DNA of 64,000 nt from the human T2T-CHM13v2.0 reference genome, Homo sapiens, in the NCBI RefSeq assembly GCF_009914755.1, contig NC_060927.1; one strand, given 5' to 3'. The notes under the pieces were generated by a model. It saw only the letters and a program-made list of their open reading frames with translations. It was not told the origin of the DNA and ran no database searches. Positions 62,800-64,000 of this stretch are shown piece by piece. A program made the position numbers and the translations under genes. Position 1 is the stretch's first letter; each line of letters starts with the position of its first letter.

Positions 62800-63260
62800 A
62801 GACTGACTCTCCCAAGGCAGATGCTGAGAGGAGGATTCTAGTGTAAATCGTTTATTTGGAAGGTCTCAGGAAATACCAAGAGGGGCATAGGCAAGTGAGA
62901 TAGAAAAGGAACAAAGCAAATTTTAAAAATGTGTTATTAAGTCAGATATTGCCTTAGAAACCTGGAGCTTGACCTCACCGGGGAACTACAGGAAGACTGT
63001 GTGGACCACACTTCAGAGAGTGGTCCTGCTTGAGGGCCAGAGAAGCTAGAGGATTTTCTACTACCTTCCCTATCTGTTATTAGCTGAAGGCTGCTTCCAG
63101 AACCATCAGCTCTCTAGCACTTTAGATTTGCTAAGAGTGATTCCTTGTTTGGAAGGGGAGTGAGGTGAGGAAGAGAGAATTGCAGGTGTTTAAAATAAAC
63201 AGCCTTCCACAGGCTGCATGCCAAAGACATATTCTCTGAGAAGTTCAAGGAATATTGGCG
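62800..63260 (-). mobile_element. LTR16-like ERVL LTR
   Basis: GCAGATGCTGAGAGGAGGATT..TTTATTTGGAAGGT..GTGTTATTAAGTCAG; similar layout to 55770-56240. Confidence 0.6.
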
Positions 63261-64000
63261 GGGGGCAGTGGGGAGGGAAATAACAGACATTCAACCCCGA
63301 ATGGACAAGGGACAACACTTCTTAATGGCTCAAAGAGGCTAACCTTGGAGAAGTGAGGTATTCAGGTCCAGAAAGTTTCTGGTGAATCACAGAAAAACAA
63401 CTTTGTTTCCAAGAGGCCAAGTCAGTAGCTGGTAGCATGGAGAAAAAGCAAACTGAATGAAATGGAAATGACATTTCATTTGCCTTGCCATCCATTCTGC
63501 TGGCCACCTACAGTCCCTCCGAGGAAACACCCAGTGACCACTGGCTCAGACCTTTGCTCTTAGGCTAATGTTGCAACTTTATGGATATAGCCCCAAATAT
63601 TATTGGGGGTATGTGCTTGTAGATGTGTAATGTTTAGGGGAGGGACTTTGGGGACCCATTGAAAGTCTAGGACCCAACCCACTGATGTGCAGTTACTAAG
63701 CAGAGCTGAAGGATCGAAGTCAGCCAAGCTGTCCACTCATTTCAATGTGGCAATCTTCCCAGTTAAGGTCTATGGTGGCAAATCAAATATTCTATTACAT
63801 TATTTTTCAATTTCAGGCATTTCCCTGGCTGGACTCTTAAGTGGTATATTTTCCAAAGTTCTGAAACATTGTCCTGCTCACCATCTGCCTTGATGGGCTG
63901 ACATATTGGACACCGAGTCTGGGACCAAAACATGTGTGACCCAAGGACACCATTTTGTCACAGGCTTATAGTGCCTGAGGAATGATGGAAACATGGAGAT

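Overview
Primate (catarrhine/human-like, since AluY copies are present) AT-rich nuclear DNA, intergenic or intronic. I see no protein-coding exon I can support, no rRNA/tRNA/snRNA, no CRISPR array and no CpG island. The ORF track is mostly chance ORFs or translations of Alu, L1 and MaLR repeats; the longest (303 aa, 23531-24442) is the internal ORF of a THE1C retrotransposon. Much of the window is interspersed repeats: L1, L2, MIR, eight Alu loci, MaLR/ERV LTRs, and Tigger, hAT and mariner fossils, often nested with visible target-site duplications (TSDs). I found no novel biological system. The most notable items are structural oddities of mobile elements: a probable twin-primed inverted L1, a short L1 3' transduction, a three-monomer Alu inside one TSD pair, a THE1C provirus with an extra internal stub and asymmetric DUX4 sites, and a MADE1 hairpin with matching non-consensus changes in both arms. 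Repeat subfamily names come from recalled consensus sequences and need Dfam/RepeatMasker confirmation. Boundaries of old elements are approximate.
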